From the NCBI GenBank assembly GCA_964432155.1, contig CAYSMF010000009.1, forward strand, positions 4,106 through 68,105: a stretch of 64,000 bases of DNA, read 5' to 3'. Origin of the DNA: an uncultured Melioribacter sp. GTDB lineage: Bacteria; Bacteroidota; Ignavibacteria; Kapaibacteriales; Kapaibacteriaceae. The notes beneath the pieces are model-generated. The model worked only from the letters and a program-made list of their open reading frames with translations, ran no database searches and was not told the origin of the DNA. This document shows, in pieces, positions 10,421 through 20,131 of this stretch. The position numbers and the translations under genes were made by a program. The first letter of the stretch is position 1, and each line of letters starts with the position of its first letter.

Positions 10421-11390
10421 CTCCGGACTCGTTGTCGGATTGATGCTGTGGGTCAGTATGACTGCATACGGGCACACTGATTCGCTATTTCTGAGACCCG
10501 AAGAGTTTCGGTACGCCGATAATCAGCGCTACACGATGTTTGGCGGCACGCCACGGCGTGTCACCGAGGTTCAGCCCATTCCGACAATTGCGTTAGGTGC
10601 TGGCTTCACCGGACTTGCTTTGGCCCTGCACTATCATCAGAAGAATGCATGGTGGCCAGGTGGAGATAGCGCAACCTTCCGGTTTAAGGAAGACCTCGAG
10701 TATGCTCGTGGGCTCGATAAAGCAGGACACGTGTACTCGAGTTACATCACGGCGACCTTCACGGGCGACGTGCTCATGGAATCGGGCTTCGATCGAAAGA
10801 CCGCTACATGGATCGGTGGTGCCACGGGACTTGCATACACGCTCTACGTTGAAGTGATGGATGGCTATGCTCGTGACTGGGGCTTTTCACCATCGGACGC
10901 GATTGCGGACGTTGTGGGGTCGAGCTTCTACGTTGCACAAGAGTATGTGCCGTACCTCCAGAACTTCACGCCTCGTTGGAGCTATGTTCCTGCGGCATGG
11001 GTGGGCAATCCAATGAGCAACCACCGACAAAAGACATTTATCGACGATTACAACAGCACCACGTTCTGGTTAGCGTGTAACGTTAACAACATGCTTCCGG
11101 CATCAGCTGCCGAGTATTGGCCTGATTGGATGATGATCTCCCTCGGCTATGGCATTCGCAACTACGATGTAGTCGATGCAACTGGTCGCGAAGTTGGCGC
11201 AACGCGGCGCTTCCTGATCGGACTTGATTACGATTGGGTAAAGATTATCCCGCCGTCATCTGTCGGCGTCCTCAATTATCTTCGTCAAGCCTTGAACTAT
11301 ATCCGACTCCCCGGTCCCACGCTCGAAGTAGGGGACGATGGCGTCAAGGTTGGTGTGCTGTATCCATTCGCAATCGTGGTGCCATTCTGA
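10410..11390 (+). CDS. Secreted protein, probable outer-membrane beta-barrel (C-terminal Phe)
   Basis: ATG at 10410 overlaps the DUF1446 stop. Signal peptide MRSNSGLVVGLMLWVSMTAYG. Ends ..GVLYPFAIVVPF (aromatic C-terminus typical of OMPs). No confident family assignment. Confidence 0.55.
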   Translation: MRSNSGLVVGLMLWVSMTAYGHTDSLFLRPEEFRYADNQRYTMFGGTPRRVTEVQPIPTIALGAGFTGLALALHYHQKNAWWPGGDSATFRFKEDLEYARGLDKAGHVYSSYITATFTGDVLMESGFDRKTATWIGGATGLAYTLYVEVMDGYARDWGFSPSDAIADVVGSSFYVAQEYVPYLQNFTPRWSYVPAAWVGNPMSNHRQKTFIDDYNSTTFWLACNVNNMLPASAAEYWPDWMMISLGYGIRNYDVVDATGREVGATRRFLIGLDYDWVKIIPPSSVGVLNYLRQALNYIRLPGPTLEVGDDGVKVGVLYPFAIVVPF

Positions 11391-12151
11391 GTCGTCCGAC
11401 ATCATCGCACGAGCCCCTTATCAGTGTCGTCGTGCCGACACTCCAGGAGGAGAAGCTGCTTGAACAGACGTTGTCTGTCTTCGATCAGGCGTGGCGTGCG
11501 CGAGTACACGCCGAGCTCATCGTGAGCGATGGTGGTAGCACAGATGCAACACTGTCGATCGCAGAACGCTACGCTGATGTCATCACCGTTCACGATGGGA
11601 GTGAACGTCAGACAATTGCTGGCGGACGGAATGCAGGTGCACGACTTGCGCGCGGCGGTGTGTTAGTGTTCATCAACGGCGATACCGTCCCCGCCGACAT
11701 TGAGCGGTTTACAGCATGCGTAACAGCGTTCGCGAATCGCCAGGGGCGCTATGCCCGAGCGTCGGCTCTTGCCTGCCCGGTTCGCTTCCGACACGGAGAA
11801 GAACGTCTTGCAGATGTGCTGTTTCACCTCTTCTACAACACTTACGTGCATTTCTTGAGCATCCTTCGCATCGGTGCTGGACGTGGGGAATGCCAGATCG
11901 TACGCCGCGAGGTGTTTGAGCGGGTAGGGGGCTATCGTTCCGAACTCGTTGCCGGGGAGGACTTCGACCTGTTTGCCCGCATCGGCGTTCGCGCACGCGT
12001 TCGCTTTGCGCGTGAACTCCTCGTGTATGAGTCGCCCAGACGGTTCCGCAAGTTTGGGTATTTTCGTGTGTTGTTCTCATGGACGATCAACGCGTTGAGC
12101 GTGCTGATCCGCGGACGGTCCTCGTCTGATGAATGGGAACCTGTTCGCTAA
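11387..12151 (+). CDS. Family 2 glycosyltransferase (start codon uncertain)
   Basis: GT-A signature LISVVVPTLQEE..SDGGSTD..NGDTV. The frame has no ATG/GTG/TTG between the upstream gene's stop (11388-11390) and the conserved first beta-strand; the only track start (TTG 11234) would overlap the upstream gene by 52 codons. The 5' boundary given here is the first in-frame codon after the upstream stop, not a confirmed start. Confidence 0.6.
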   Translation: MSRPTSSHEPLISVVVPTLQEEKLLEQTLSVFDQAWRARVHAELIVSDGGSTDATLSIAERYADVITVHDGSERQTIAGGRNAGARLARGGVLVFINGDTVPADIERFTACVTAFANRQGRYARASALACPVRFRHGEERLADVLFHLFYNTYVHFLSILRIGAGRGECQIVRREVFERVGGYRSELVAGEDFDLFARIGVRARVRFARELLVYESPRRFRKFGYFRVLFSWTINALSVLIRGRSSSDEWEPVR

Positions 12152-12172
12152 CGACCTCTCATTGAGACCCAC

Positions 12173-13165
12173 ATGGATTACAAGAGCGCCGGTGTAGATA
12201 TCGAGGCTGGAGAAGCACTCGTTGATTCAATCAAGCCCTACGTCAAAGCCACGCGCACCCCTGGTGTTCTGAGTGAGATTGGATTGTTCGGCGGATTCTA
12301 CGACGCACGATTCCCAGATCATGCGCACCCTGTCCTCGTTGCGAGTACCGACGGTGTTGGTACAAAGCTGAAGGTCGCTGTTGATGCAGGCGTGCACGAT
12401 ACTGTTGGACAGTGTCTTGTAAATCACTGTGTAAACGACATCCTTGCGTGTGGCGCGCGTCCGCTGTTCTTCCTCGACTACTTCGCGACAGGTCGCCTTG
12501 AACAAGGTGTCGCCCACGACGTGATCAAGGGCATTGCCATCGCTTGCCGCGAGAACGGTTGTGCGCTGCTTGGTGGTGAAACAGCTGAGATGCCTGCGCT
12601 ATATTCTGACGGCGATTATGATATGGCTGGCACGATCGTTGGCGTGGTAGACAAGGCGAAGATTCTCAATGGCAGTCGCGTTGCGATTGGCGACGTGTTG
12701 ATCGGTCTCCCGTCGAACGGTCTGCACACGAACGGCTATTCACTCGCTCGTGCGGCACTGTTCCCGAAGTACGGAGTGCATGATCACCTTCCTGAGTTGG
12801 GTTGTACGGTGGGAGAAGCGCTTCTGCGCGTGCATCGCTCATACCTGCACATCCTTGCACCACTGCTCGACAGCGACCTGATCAACGGCTTGTCGCATAT
12901 CACCGGTGGTGGACTTGTCGGTAACACGTCGCGTATCCTCGCAGAAGGTCAGGCGCTCCAAGTGAACTGGGGCTCTTGGTCGATGCCACCAATCTTCTCT
13001 GTGATTCAGCAAGCGGGAGATATCAGCGACGAAGAAATGCGCCATGTTTTCAACCTTGGTGTCGGTATGGTGATGATTGTATCGCCAGATCGTGTCGACC
13101 AAGTGATGCGCGCATGCGAGGCTGAACATCCGTTCGTGGTTGGATCTGTTGTTAGCGCACAGTAA
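12173..13165 (+). CDS. purM: Phosphoribosylformylglycinamidine cyclo-ligase (AIR synthetase)
   Basis: ATG start; 330 aa. N-terminus MDYKSAGVDIEAGEALVDSIK and GLFGGF, VASTDGVGTKL motifs typical of PurM. Confidence 0.92.
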   Translation: MDYKSAGVDIEAGEALVDSIKPYVKATRTPGVLSEIGLFGGFYDARFPDHAHPVLVASTDGVGTKLKVAVDAGVHDTVGQCLVNHCVNDILACGARPLFFLDYFATGRLEQGVAHDVIKGIAIACRENGCALLGGETAEMPALYSDGDYDMAGTIVGVVDKAKILNGSRVAIGDVLIGLPSNGLHTNGYSLARAALFPKYGVHDHLPELGCTVGEALLRVHRSYLHILAPLLDSDLINGLSHITGGGLVGNTSRILAEGQALQVNWGSWSMPPIFSVIQQAGDISDEEMRHVFNLGVGMVMIVSPDRVDQVMRACEAEHPFVVGSVVSAQ

Positions 13166-13259
13166 CGCGCAGCAGCTCCGTACGCCGTCACACCTCGGCA
13201 ATCCTGCACGTCTACCGTATCGTGCGTATGTGTAACTCCGACGTCACCCAATTCCGCCC

Positions 13260-15890
13260 ATGAGTGCATCACTCGATCGTGCGCGTCAGTACCTTCGACA
13301 GTACTTTGGGTACGACGCATTTCGACCTGGGCAAGAGGACATCATCCGTGCCGTGCTCGGTGGTACCGATGTCGTTGGTGTTCTTCCAACTGGCGGAGGT
13401 AAGTCTGTCTGTTATCAGATTCCAGCACTCATCTTTCCGCATCTCACACTTGTCGTGTCGCCGCTGATCGCGCTCATGCGCGACCAGACCGAGCGTCTTC
13501 GACAGCACGGCATTGCAGCTGCTGCGATCCATGGTGGAATGTCGGCCGGAGACGTGAACAACGCCCTGCACGAGGCACATGCCGGACGAATGCGATTGCT
13601 GTATGTAGCTCCAGAGCGTCTTGAGTCGACCACATTCCGCCGACAGTTACGGACGATCCCACTAAGCCTGCTCGCAGTCGATGAAGCACACTGCATTAGC
13701 GAATGGGGGCACGACTTCCGTCCGTCATATCAAGCAATTGCATCTCTGTTCGACGACCGCGCACGCGTGCCAATCTTGGCACTCACGGCTACGGCGACCC
13801 CTGATGTGCGTGCCGATATCAAGACGTCGTTGCGGCTCAATCAACCTGTTGAAATTGTTCGTGGATTCGACCGACCGAATCTCACATTCCAGGTCGAGCG
13901 TACAGCCGCAAAAGCAGAAGCACTCACGCAGATGCTTAAGCCGCATCCAACAGCATCAGCTATCGTCTACTGTGGCTCACGACGTCGTGTTGAAACACTC
14001 GCTGATGATCTTCGCCGACGTGGTGTTGCCGCAGAAGCCTACCACGCCGGGTTGCAGAGTCGCATCCGCAGCGAAGTGCAGGATCGTTTCGTCAGTGGTG
14101 CAACACCGGTGCTTGTTGCGACGAATGCCTTCGGAATGGGCATCGACAAAGCAGATGTTCGACGTGTGATTCATGCCGACCTCACCCTGACGCTTGAAGC
14201 ATACTACCAGGAGGCCGGCAGAGCCGGACGCGATGGAGCACCAGCGACATGTACGATGCTGTATCAACCAGAAGATCGTCGGTTGATGGAGTTTTACATC
14301 GCGTCCACCTATCCAGAGCGTTCGCAGATTGCAGACGTATACGCCTATGTGTGTGATCGTGCGGGTGTTCCGCTCGGTGGCATCGCCTCTGCTCCGGTTC
14401 TGGCCGATGCTGCGAGTATTGCCAGTACGATTCATCTTCCAGTCGCAACGGTGCAGGGCGTCCTAACTGTCCTTGAACGTGCTGGCGTAATGATGCGAGC
14501 CACAGCGCATGGCAACACGCGAATCCAGCTCCGGACACACGGCGACCGCATCGCTGATCTTGCAGCACATGCTCCCGTTGAACGGCGCGCAGTCATGGAT
14601 GCACTCGCCCGCGTATGTGCTGGACGTGACATTGGCGCTGAAATCGACATCTCACCGTTTGAACTCATGAAGCGCACGGCTATCACGCCACGCGAGTTCT
14701 CGGAAACAATGCGCTCCTTGCACGTAGCACGATTGCTGCGTCATGTGCATCCACATGAGGACGGAGGCATTGTGCTTGCGTCTGAACGTGTTGATCCGGA
14801 GCATCTTCCCATTGAATGGGATGCGCTCCACACGCGTCGATCACATGCGATCCAGAAGCTCGAAGTGGTTGTTCGGTACGCGGAGACGCGGCAGTGCAAA
14901 CGCAATTTCATTCTGTCATACTTCGGTGATGCAACCTCGCAAGGTGTCTGCGGCAGATGCACATCGTGCACAGGTACTGGTGCGCAGCGAAAGCTCACTG
15001 ATCGTCAGACATCAGCACTGCACGCGCTGATTCGCACTGCGTGGCAAGTGCAGGGTCGCTTCGGACGTCACGTCTTGGTCGATATCGCACTTGGCTCGCT
15101 ATCGGAACGGGTCACGCATCATCGTCTCGATCGCTGTACAACGTGGGGTGCACTTCGTGAGCGCACGCGTCATGAGTTACTCGAAGCCCTCGATATCGCA
15201 CTTGATATGGGGCTACTGGTCAAGACTGCTGATTTGTATCCAACGATCGGCGTCACTGAAGAGGGGATGCGCGTAGCAGCTCCACTGCCCGCGCCACTCC
15301 GTCCGGCCGCAGCCTCTGCACAAACATCTGCTCCTGCGCTCGTTGCCTTGCTCGCGTGGCGCGAGCGAGTGGCGGCGCGAGATGATGTGCCAGAGACAAC
15401 GCTGGTTCATCGTGACGAACTCGAGCGTATCGCCACAGATAACCCGCAGCGCGTTGATGCTCTGCAACCTGGTCGACATGGTAGTGGTTTGTTCCTGGCA
15501 CGCTATGGTTCGGAGCTTGTGCAATGTCTTGCCGACGCTCAACAAGTGGCATCGCGAGCGATCCCAAAGGTTCGATGTGATGATGAAGCCGTGCTTGTAG
15601 CAGGACTCGTTCGTGCTGGATACTCGCTCCATGATGTGGCACGCAGTGCACGGAAGACGCCGCCAGCTGCAGCGCATGCACTCCAGCGAGCGATCGAGGG
15701 CGGACTCTCCGTCGAACGCATGGATCTTGTCGATGAGCGTCTCTATGGAGACGTCTATGAGTACCTCCGTCATCACAGGTTTGCAAAGCTTCGGCACGTG
15801 CGCGAGCATGTGGGCGAAGATGTCGATCTTGCCGTACTCCGCTTAGCCATGGCATTTGCTCGTCGCGATTTGTTTTCCGCATCATCATGA
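13260..15890 (+). CDS. recQ: ATP-dependent DNA helicase RecQ (long form with HRDC and extra C-terminal region)
   Basis: YFGYDAFRPGQ, LPTGGGKS (Walker A), DEAHCISEWGHDFRP, zinc-finger cysteines (CGRCTSC), HRDC-like segment (LVALLAWRERVAARDDVPETTLVHRDELERIA). 876 aa. Confidence 0.9.
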   Translation: MSASLDRARQYLRQYFGYDAFRPGQEDIIRAVLGGTDVVGVLPTGGGKSVCYQIPALIFPHLTLVVSPLIALMRDQTERLRQHGIAAAAIHGGMSAGDVNNALHEAHAGRMRLLYVAPERLESTTFRRQLRTIPLSLLAVDEAHCISEWGHDFRPSYQAIASLFDDRARVPILALTATATPDVRADIKTSLRLNQPVEIVRGFDRPNLTFQVERTAAKAEALTQMLKPHPTASAIVYCGSRRRVETLADDLRRRGVAAEAYHAGLQSRIRSEVQDRFVSGATPVLVATNAFGMGIDKADVRRVIHADLTLTLEAYYQEAGRAGRDGAPATCTMLYQPEDRRLMEFYIASTYPERSQIADVYAYVCDRAGVPLGGIASAPVLADAASIASTIHLPVATVQGVLTVLERAGVMMRATAHGNTRIQLRTHGDRIADLAAHAPVERRAVMDALARVCAGRDIGAEIDISPFELMKRTAITPREFSETMRSLHVARLLRHVHPHEDGGIVLASERVDPEHLPIEWDALHTRRSHAIQKLEVVVRYAETRQCKRNFILSYFGDATSQGVCGRCTSCTGTGAQRKLTDRQTSALHALIRTAWQVQGRFGRHVLVDIALGSLSERVTHHRLDRCTTWGALRERTRHELLEALDIALDMGLLVKTADLYPTIGVTEEGMRVAAPLPAPLRPAAASAQTSAPALVALLAWRERVAARDDVPETTLVHRDELERIATDNPQRVDALQPGRHGSGLFLARYGSELVQCLADAQQVASRAIPKVRCDDEAVLVAGLVRAGYSLHDVARSARKTPPAAAHALQRAIEGGLSVERMDLVDERLYGDVYEYLRHHRFAKLRHVREHVGEDVDLAVLRLAMAFARRDLFSASS

Positions 15891-18800
15891 AACCGCTCAT
15901 TATCATACTCCTGGCGGTAAGCGCCGTTGTTCAGCTGAAGGCAGAACAATATGTTGTTACGCTGCGCTCGACGAATGTTCCTGCTGCACTGATGATGTAT
16001 CGTCCTGCGCCACTCATCGATCGTGCAGGAGATGCTGTAAAGCGCAGTGAGCGCATCCAGACCCGCGAGCAGCGCGCAGCGCTCGACGCTCTGTCCCGGT
16101 ATCTCATTGTTGATCTCCCATCAACAACAAGTGCGGAACAACTCAGACTCATCGACGATGTAGCCGATATCCGTCCAGTAGCACGATACAAGCTTCACGC
16201 TGCACGACTTGAAACACTCACGAATGATTCGTTGGTAGGAGAGCAGTATGCGCTCACGCTTGTCGGGGCGGCGACAGCTTGGACGAAAGCAACGGGGAAG
16301 GGTGTTGTCGTCGGCGTTCTTGATACTGGTGTCGATTGGCTTCATGAAGACCTTGTGTCTGCTCTCGCCATCAGTGAGAAGGAAGATGTGAATGGCAACG
16401 GTCGATTTGATGACTGGCCATCGACGGTGGAGATTGATGGCCTATCCGGCGACCTCAACGACATTGATGACGATGGCAACGGCGTAGTTGACGATGTCAT
16501 TGGTTACGACTTCGTCGATCAATCGGTGCGCAACCTTGGCGACGATCGCGACCGTGATCCAATTCCGTTCGATGAGCAAGGTCACGGCACCTCTGTCGGT
16601 GGCGTGATCGCAGCGACGACAAACAATCGTGTTGGTATTGCGGGCCTGGCATATGGCGCACGGTTGCGTGCACTGCGTGCATTCGATGCCACAGGTAATG
16701 CGGAAGAAGACGACATCGCAAGTGCATTGATTTATGCCGCACTAACGGGCGTTGATGTCGTTAACATGAGTTTCGGCGATGGTATTGATTCACCAATGTT
16801 CCGTGATGCTGTTGCGTTCGCGGCCTCGATGAATGTCGTGATGGTTGCCTCGTCGGGTAATACAGGCACAATCTCACGACAGTACCCAGCTGGTTATGAC
16901 GATGTAATCGCAGTTGGTTCGACGAACAGTGCCGATCGTCGGTCGCCATTTTCGAGTACCGGTTCGCTCGTTGCAGTAACAGCACCGGGGGAGGGGATCT
17001 TCACGACGGCTGTGAACTCGCGATACCGTCGTGTGAACGGAACATCGTTCGCGGCCCCGTATGTCGCTGCTGCGGCTGCAATGCTGATCGAGAAGAACCC
17101 AGCTATCACGCCTGACGAGATTCGTGGACTCCTTCAAACATCGTCGCTTGATCTCGGCGCGCCGGGATGGGATGGCAACTTCGGTGCGGGTCGGCTGCGC
17201 GTCGATGCAGCTCTGACGCAGTTAGGCACGTCCGAACTTCGTATCACCGCGCCGTCGAATGAACAGCTTGTGGATCGTCGTGATGCACCCACACTACGTG
17301 TAAGGGGCTCTGCAAATCTCATCAATCAAGCCGTGTGTCGAGTAGAAATCGGTCGTGGACTCGACCCACAAACATGGACGCTCGTCGCCCAGCTGCCAAC
17401 GGCTGTGCGTAATGCAGCGCTCGGAGAGATAGCACTCGATAGTCTGGTTGACGGACTCTACACGATTCGTCTTCTTGCGATTGCCGATGATGGACGAACG
17501 TTCGAAGACCGCAAACGAATCACAATTGTAGGTGGACCATGTGAGATCACATCTGCAGAGGTGATTTCAGCGTGGAAGACCGACCGTCGTGTCCCCGTGG
17601 TAACGTTCCGCGCAACACAGCCATCGGCTGCAAGGGTGGTGATGACATCAGATGCTGGCGACAGTGTTGAGTATAGCGACGTGCGGCGTCGCGTTCGCCT
17701 ACACAGCGTCGCGCTACCAGAGCTTTCATTCCGTGATTCCGTTGGAACAGTAAGGGTTGTCTGTGCATCGCGTTCCGATGAAGAGGTAGATACCACACTT
17801 GCGTATCGCGTCGCAACAGCCTCGGCGCCACAGCTTGGGTGGATCACGTCGCAATGGGCAGATTGGTCAGGCTATGTGCTGAATGACGTCCGTGATCTCT
17901 ATCGTGATGGTACACGTACTGTGGTGATGACGGATCTCTCCGGAAACTCCTTCGGAACGATCAGAACCATGACGTTCGACGGGAAGAAGTGGCGGTTGCG
18001 CGATTCGTTGAATGCCACGTGGATCCCACGAGGCATTTCGGATGTCAACGGTAATGGACTCTACGAGGTGTTCTGTCATGTGATTGGTAAGGCCGTGCTG
18101 TTTGAGCAGGCAACACCGAACGGCTCGCCATTTGCGCGCGTACTGTTCGCTGATACGCTCAATCAACGTCAAGCTGCTGGAGTAGCTGATATCAACGGTG
18201 ATGGACGTGAAGAACTCCTGATGCTGTCGGATTCAGGCTGCACGGTGGTCACCTTCCGAAATGCGCAGTTTGAGGTACTTGGAAGCATCCCGAATCTCAG
18301 TGAGCCTCCACCGGGTGCGAGCTCGAATCGCGTCGATGAAGTCAGTATTGCAACCGGAGACTTCACAGGGAGTGGTCGACAAGAGATTGCATTCTCTGAT
18401 ACCGATGGTGATCTCATCATCGGCGCTTGGGACGGAACAGCCTTCGCACCTCCGACAGTTATGCCACAGGATGGGGCAGGGGGCTCGGGATACGTCGCAT
18501 CGGGCGATGTTGATGGAGATGGTCGACCCGAAATCGTCTATGGCGTGCCGGATAGCACGCAAGCAAACAGCGACCGAGAGTACGGACGTCAGCTATGGAC
18601 CTATCGCATGGTGCGCGGATCGATGGCGGGATCGCAACGCAACTACAACGTCGTGTGGACCGATCACTTCGAAGGTGTGCGGTATGGCATTGGATTCCGT
18701 AACGGCATTGCAATCGGAAATCTCGATGCAACGGCAGGGAGCGAGATTGCAATCTGCGCATATCCACGACTGTATGTGTTCGGTGCGCGCGATGGCGTGA

Positions 18801-20131
18801 TCACGCCGTTGTGGTACCAGGCTGATGTTGTCACTCCGCGCATGCTCATTCATGATTATTCGGGGAATGGCATCAATGAGCTTGGCGTCGGGATCACGGT
18901 CCCGATGATCGGTGCGATGACAGGATTCCGATTCTTCGAACACAATCCTGCGGCAGGGGGCGATGCACCATCGGCACTGCGCGCACGCAAACGCTCGCCA
19001 ACAGCTATCGAGCTTGACTGGATGCCTGCTGCATCAGCCACGGCATACGTTGTTGAAGCAGCGGCCGATGGCAGAGTTTTAGCGGCAGTTGATACTGTGA
19101 CCGCTCTTCGCACAACGATCACTCCAACATCTGGTGCGCGCTCAATGCGTTTCGCTGTGCGTGCGGTCCTGCCAAATGGACAGCTCAGTACATCGTCGAT
19201 TTCTGCGATGGTTGTGCTCGATATACCTGTTCGCGTTGCGCTCGTGACTCCGGATAGCGTCTCGCGCGCATCGTTGCAACGTGGTCTGAGTGTTGAGATT
19301 ACGTTCGACGGTGATCTTGCTCTGCAGCATATCGAGCCGTCAGGCATTGTGCTCTCCGATGCTACGTTGCAACGCGCAGTTCGTGCGTCGTCGATTACTG
19401 CTGGTGATGCTCGCCGCGCTGTTGTGACATTCCCATCGTTCGACGCCACGCAGCAATGCAGTATCAGCCTCGGTGGATTGATGGATGCAACGATGTTGGA
19501 GGTTCGTGATACGACGATAGCCCTTGGTGTACGCGACGATGTGTCGCCGCGAGAGGCGATCATTATTGCGGCTTTACGCGTGCTAACGCCGACATCGTTG
19601 CTTGTGCAGTTTTCACACGATGTCGATGCATCAGCCGAGAACGCTGGTAACTACACGCTGCGTCCGGTTGGTGGCGTTATCAATGTGACGCGTCGTAGCA
19701 CAACCGAGGTTGTGCTGCAGCTCGACCCGTCTGTTCCACTTCGTCCGCGTGGTGTGCCGTATGCGATCACGGTGGCTGGTGTTACCGATGGTGCTGGTGT
19801 GGTGATGACCACCGGTGCGGGCTGTACCCGTGAGTTCACGGTGCGGGCTGAAGATCTCGCAGGTGCGTACGTGTATCCGCATCCGGTCAAGCTTCAGCAG
19901 GACGGCTATGTGACGTTTGCGGGTCTGACTGCCACAGCGCGGATTCTTATTCTCGACGCCATGATGCGTCCCGTCGCCGAACTCACGACGCGAGATCGCA
20001 GTGGTGGTGTGCAGTGGGATCTTACGCGCACGACAGGCGAGCGTGTTGGCGCTGGGTTGTACTTCTACAGGATTACCGACGAGGACGACCAATCCGAGCC
20101 TGTACTGCGTAAGCTCATGATTGAGCGCTGA
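15887..20131 (+). CDS. Secreted S8 subtilisin-family serine peptidase with Ca-binding Asp-rich repeats, FG-GAP repeats and T9SS C-terminal sorting domain (1414 aa)
   Basis: ATG overlaps the recQ stop (ATGA). Signal peptide MKPLIIILLAVSAVVQLKA. Catalytic triad motifs VGVLDTGVD (Asp), HGTSVGGVIAA (His), GTSFAAPYVAAAAAML (Ser). DxDxDG-type repeats (DVNGNGRFDD.., DIDDDGNGVVDD). FG-GAP-like repeats (DINGDGREE, GDVDGDGRPEIVYG). CTD ..VYPHPVKLQQDGYVTFAGL..GLYFYRITDE... Confidence 0.85.
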   Translation: MKPLIIILLAVSAVVQLKAEQYVVTLRSTNVPAALMMYRPAPLIDRAGDAVKRSERIQTREQRAALDALSRYLIVDLPSTTSAEQLRLIDDVADIRPVARYKLHAARLETLTNDSLVGEQYALTLVGAATAWTKATGKGVVVGVLDTGVDWLHEDLVSALAISEKEDVNGNGRFDDWPSTVEIDGLSGDLNDIDDDGNGVVDDVIGYDFVDQSVRNLGDDRDRDPIPFDEQGHGTSVGGVIAATTNNRVGIAGLAYGARLRALRAFDATGNAEEDDIASALIYAALTGVDVVNMSFGDGIDSPMFRDAVAFAASMNVVMVASSGNTGTISRQYPAGYDDVIAVGSTNSADRRSPFSSTGSLVAVTAPGEGIFTTAVNSRYRRVNGTSFAAPYVAAAAAMLIEKNPAITPDEIRGLLQTSSLDLGAPGWDGNFGAGRLRVDAALTQLGTSELRITAPSNEQLVDRRDAPTLRVRGSANLINQAVCRVEIGRGLDPQTWTLVAQLPTAVRNAALGEIALDSLVDGLYTIRLLAIADDGRTFEDRKRITIVGGPCEITSAEVISAWKTDRRVPVVTFRATQPSAARVVMTSDAGDSVEYSDVRRRVRLHSVALPELSFRDSVGTVRVVCASRSDEEVDTTLAYRVATASAPQLGWITSQWADWSGYVLNDVRDLYRDGTRTVVMTDLSGNSFGTIRTMTFDGKKWRLRDSLNATWIPRGISDVNGNGLYEVFCHVIGKAVLFEQATPNGSPFARVLFADTLNQRQAAGVADINGDGREELLMLSDSGCTVVTFRNAQFEVLGSIPNLSEPPPGASSNRVDEVSIATGDFTGSGRQEIAFSDTDGDLIIGAWDGTAFAPPTVMPQDGAGGSGYVASGDVDGDGRPEIVYGVPDSTQANSDREYGRQLWTYRMVRGSMAGSQRNYNVVWTDHFEGVRYGIGFRNGIAIGNLDATAGSEIAICAYPRLYVFGARDGVITPLWYQADVVTPRMLIHDYSGNGINELGVGITVPMIGAMTGFRFFEHNPAAGGDAPSALRARKRSPTAIELDWMPAASATAYVVEAAADGRVLAAVDTVTALRTTITPTSGARSMRFAVRAVLPNGQLSTSSISAMVVLDIPVRVALVTPDSVSRASLQRGLSVEITFDGDLALQHIEPSGIVLSDATLQRAVRASSITAGDARRAVVTFPSFDATQQCSISLGGLMDATMLEVRDTTIALGVRDDVSPREAIIIAALRVLTPTSLLVQFSHDVDASAENAGNYTLRPVGGVINVTRRSTTEVVLQLDPSVPLRPRGVPYAITVAGVTDGAGVVMTTGAGCTREFTVRAEDLAGAYVYPHPVKLQQDGYVTFAGLTATARILILDAMMRPVAELTTRDRSGGVQWDLTRTTGERVGAGLYFYRITDEDDQSEPVLRKLMIER

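Noticed and set aside
11234-11390. TTG-initiated N-terminal extension of the GT2 ORF as given by the track (52 codons overlapping the upstream gene in another frame).
   Set aside because: It overlaps the C-terminal third of a gene with a credible OMP C-terminus, and the encoded extension (MGKDYPAVICRRPQLSSSS..) is compositionally non-protein-like. The real start is more likely non-canonical and near 11387, or affected by an indel.
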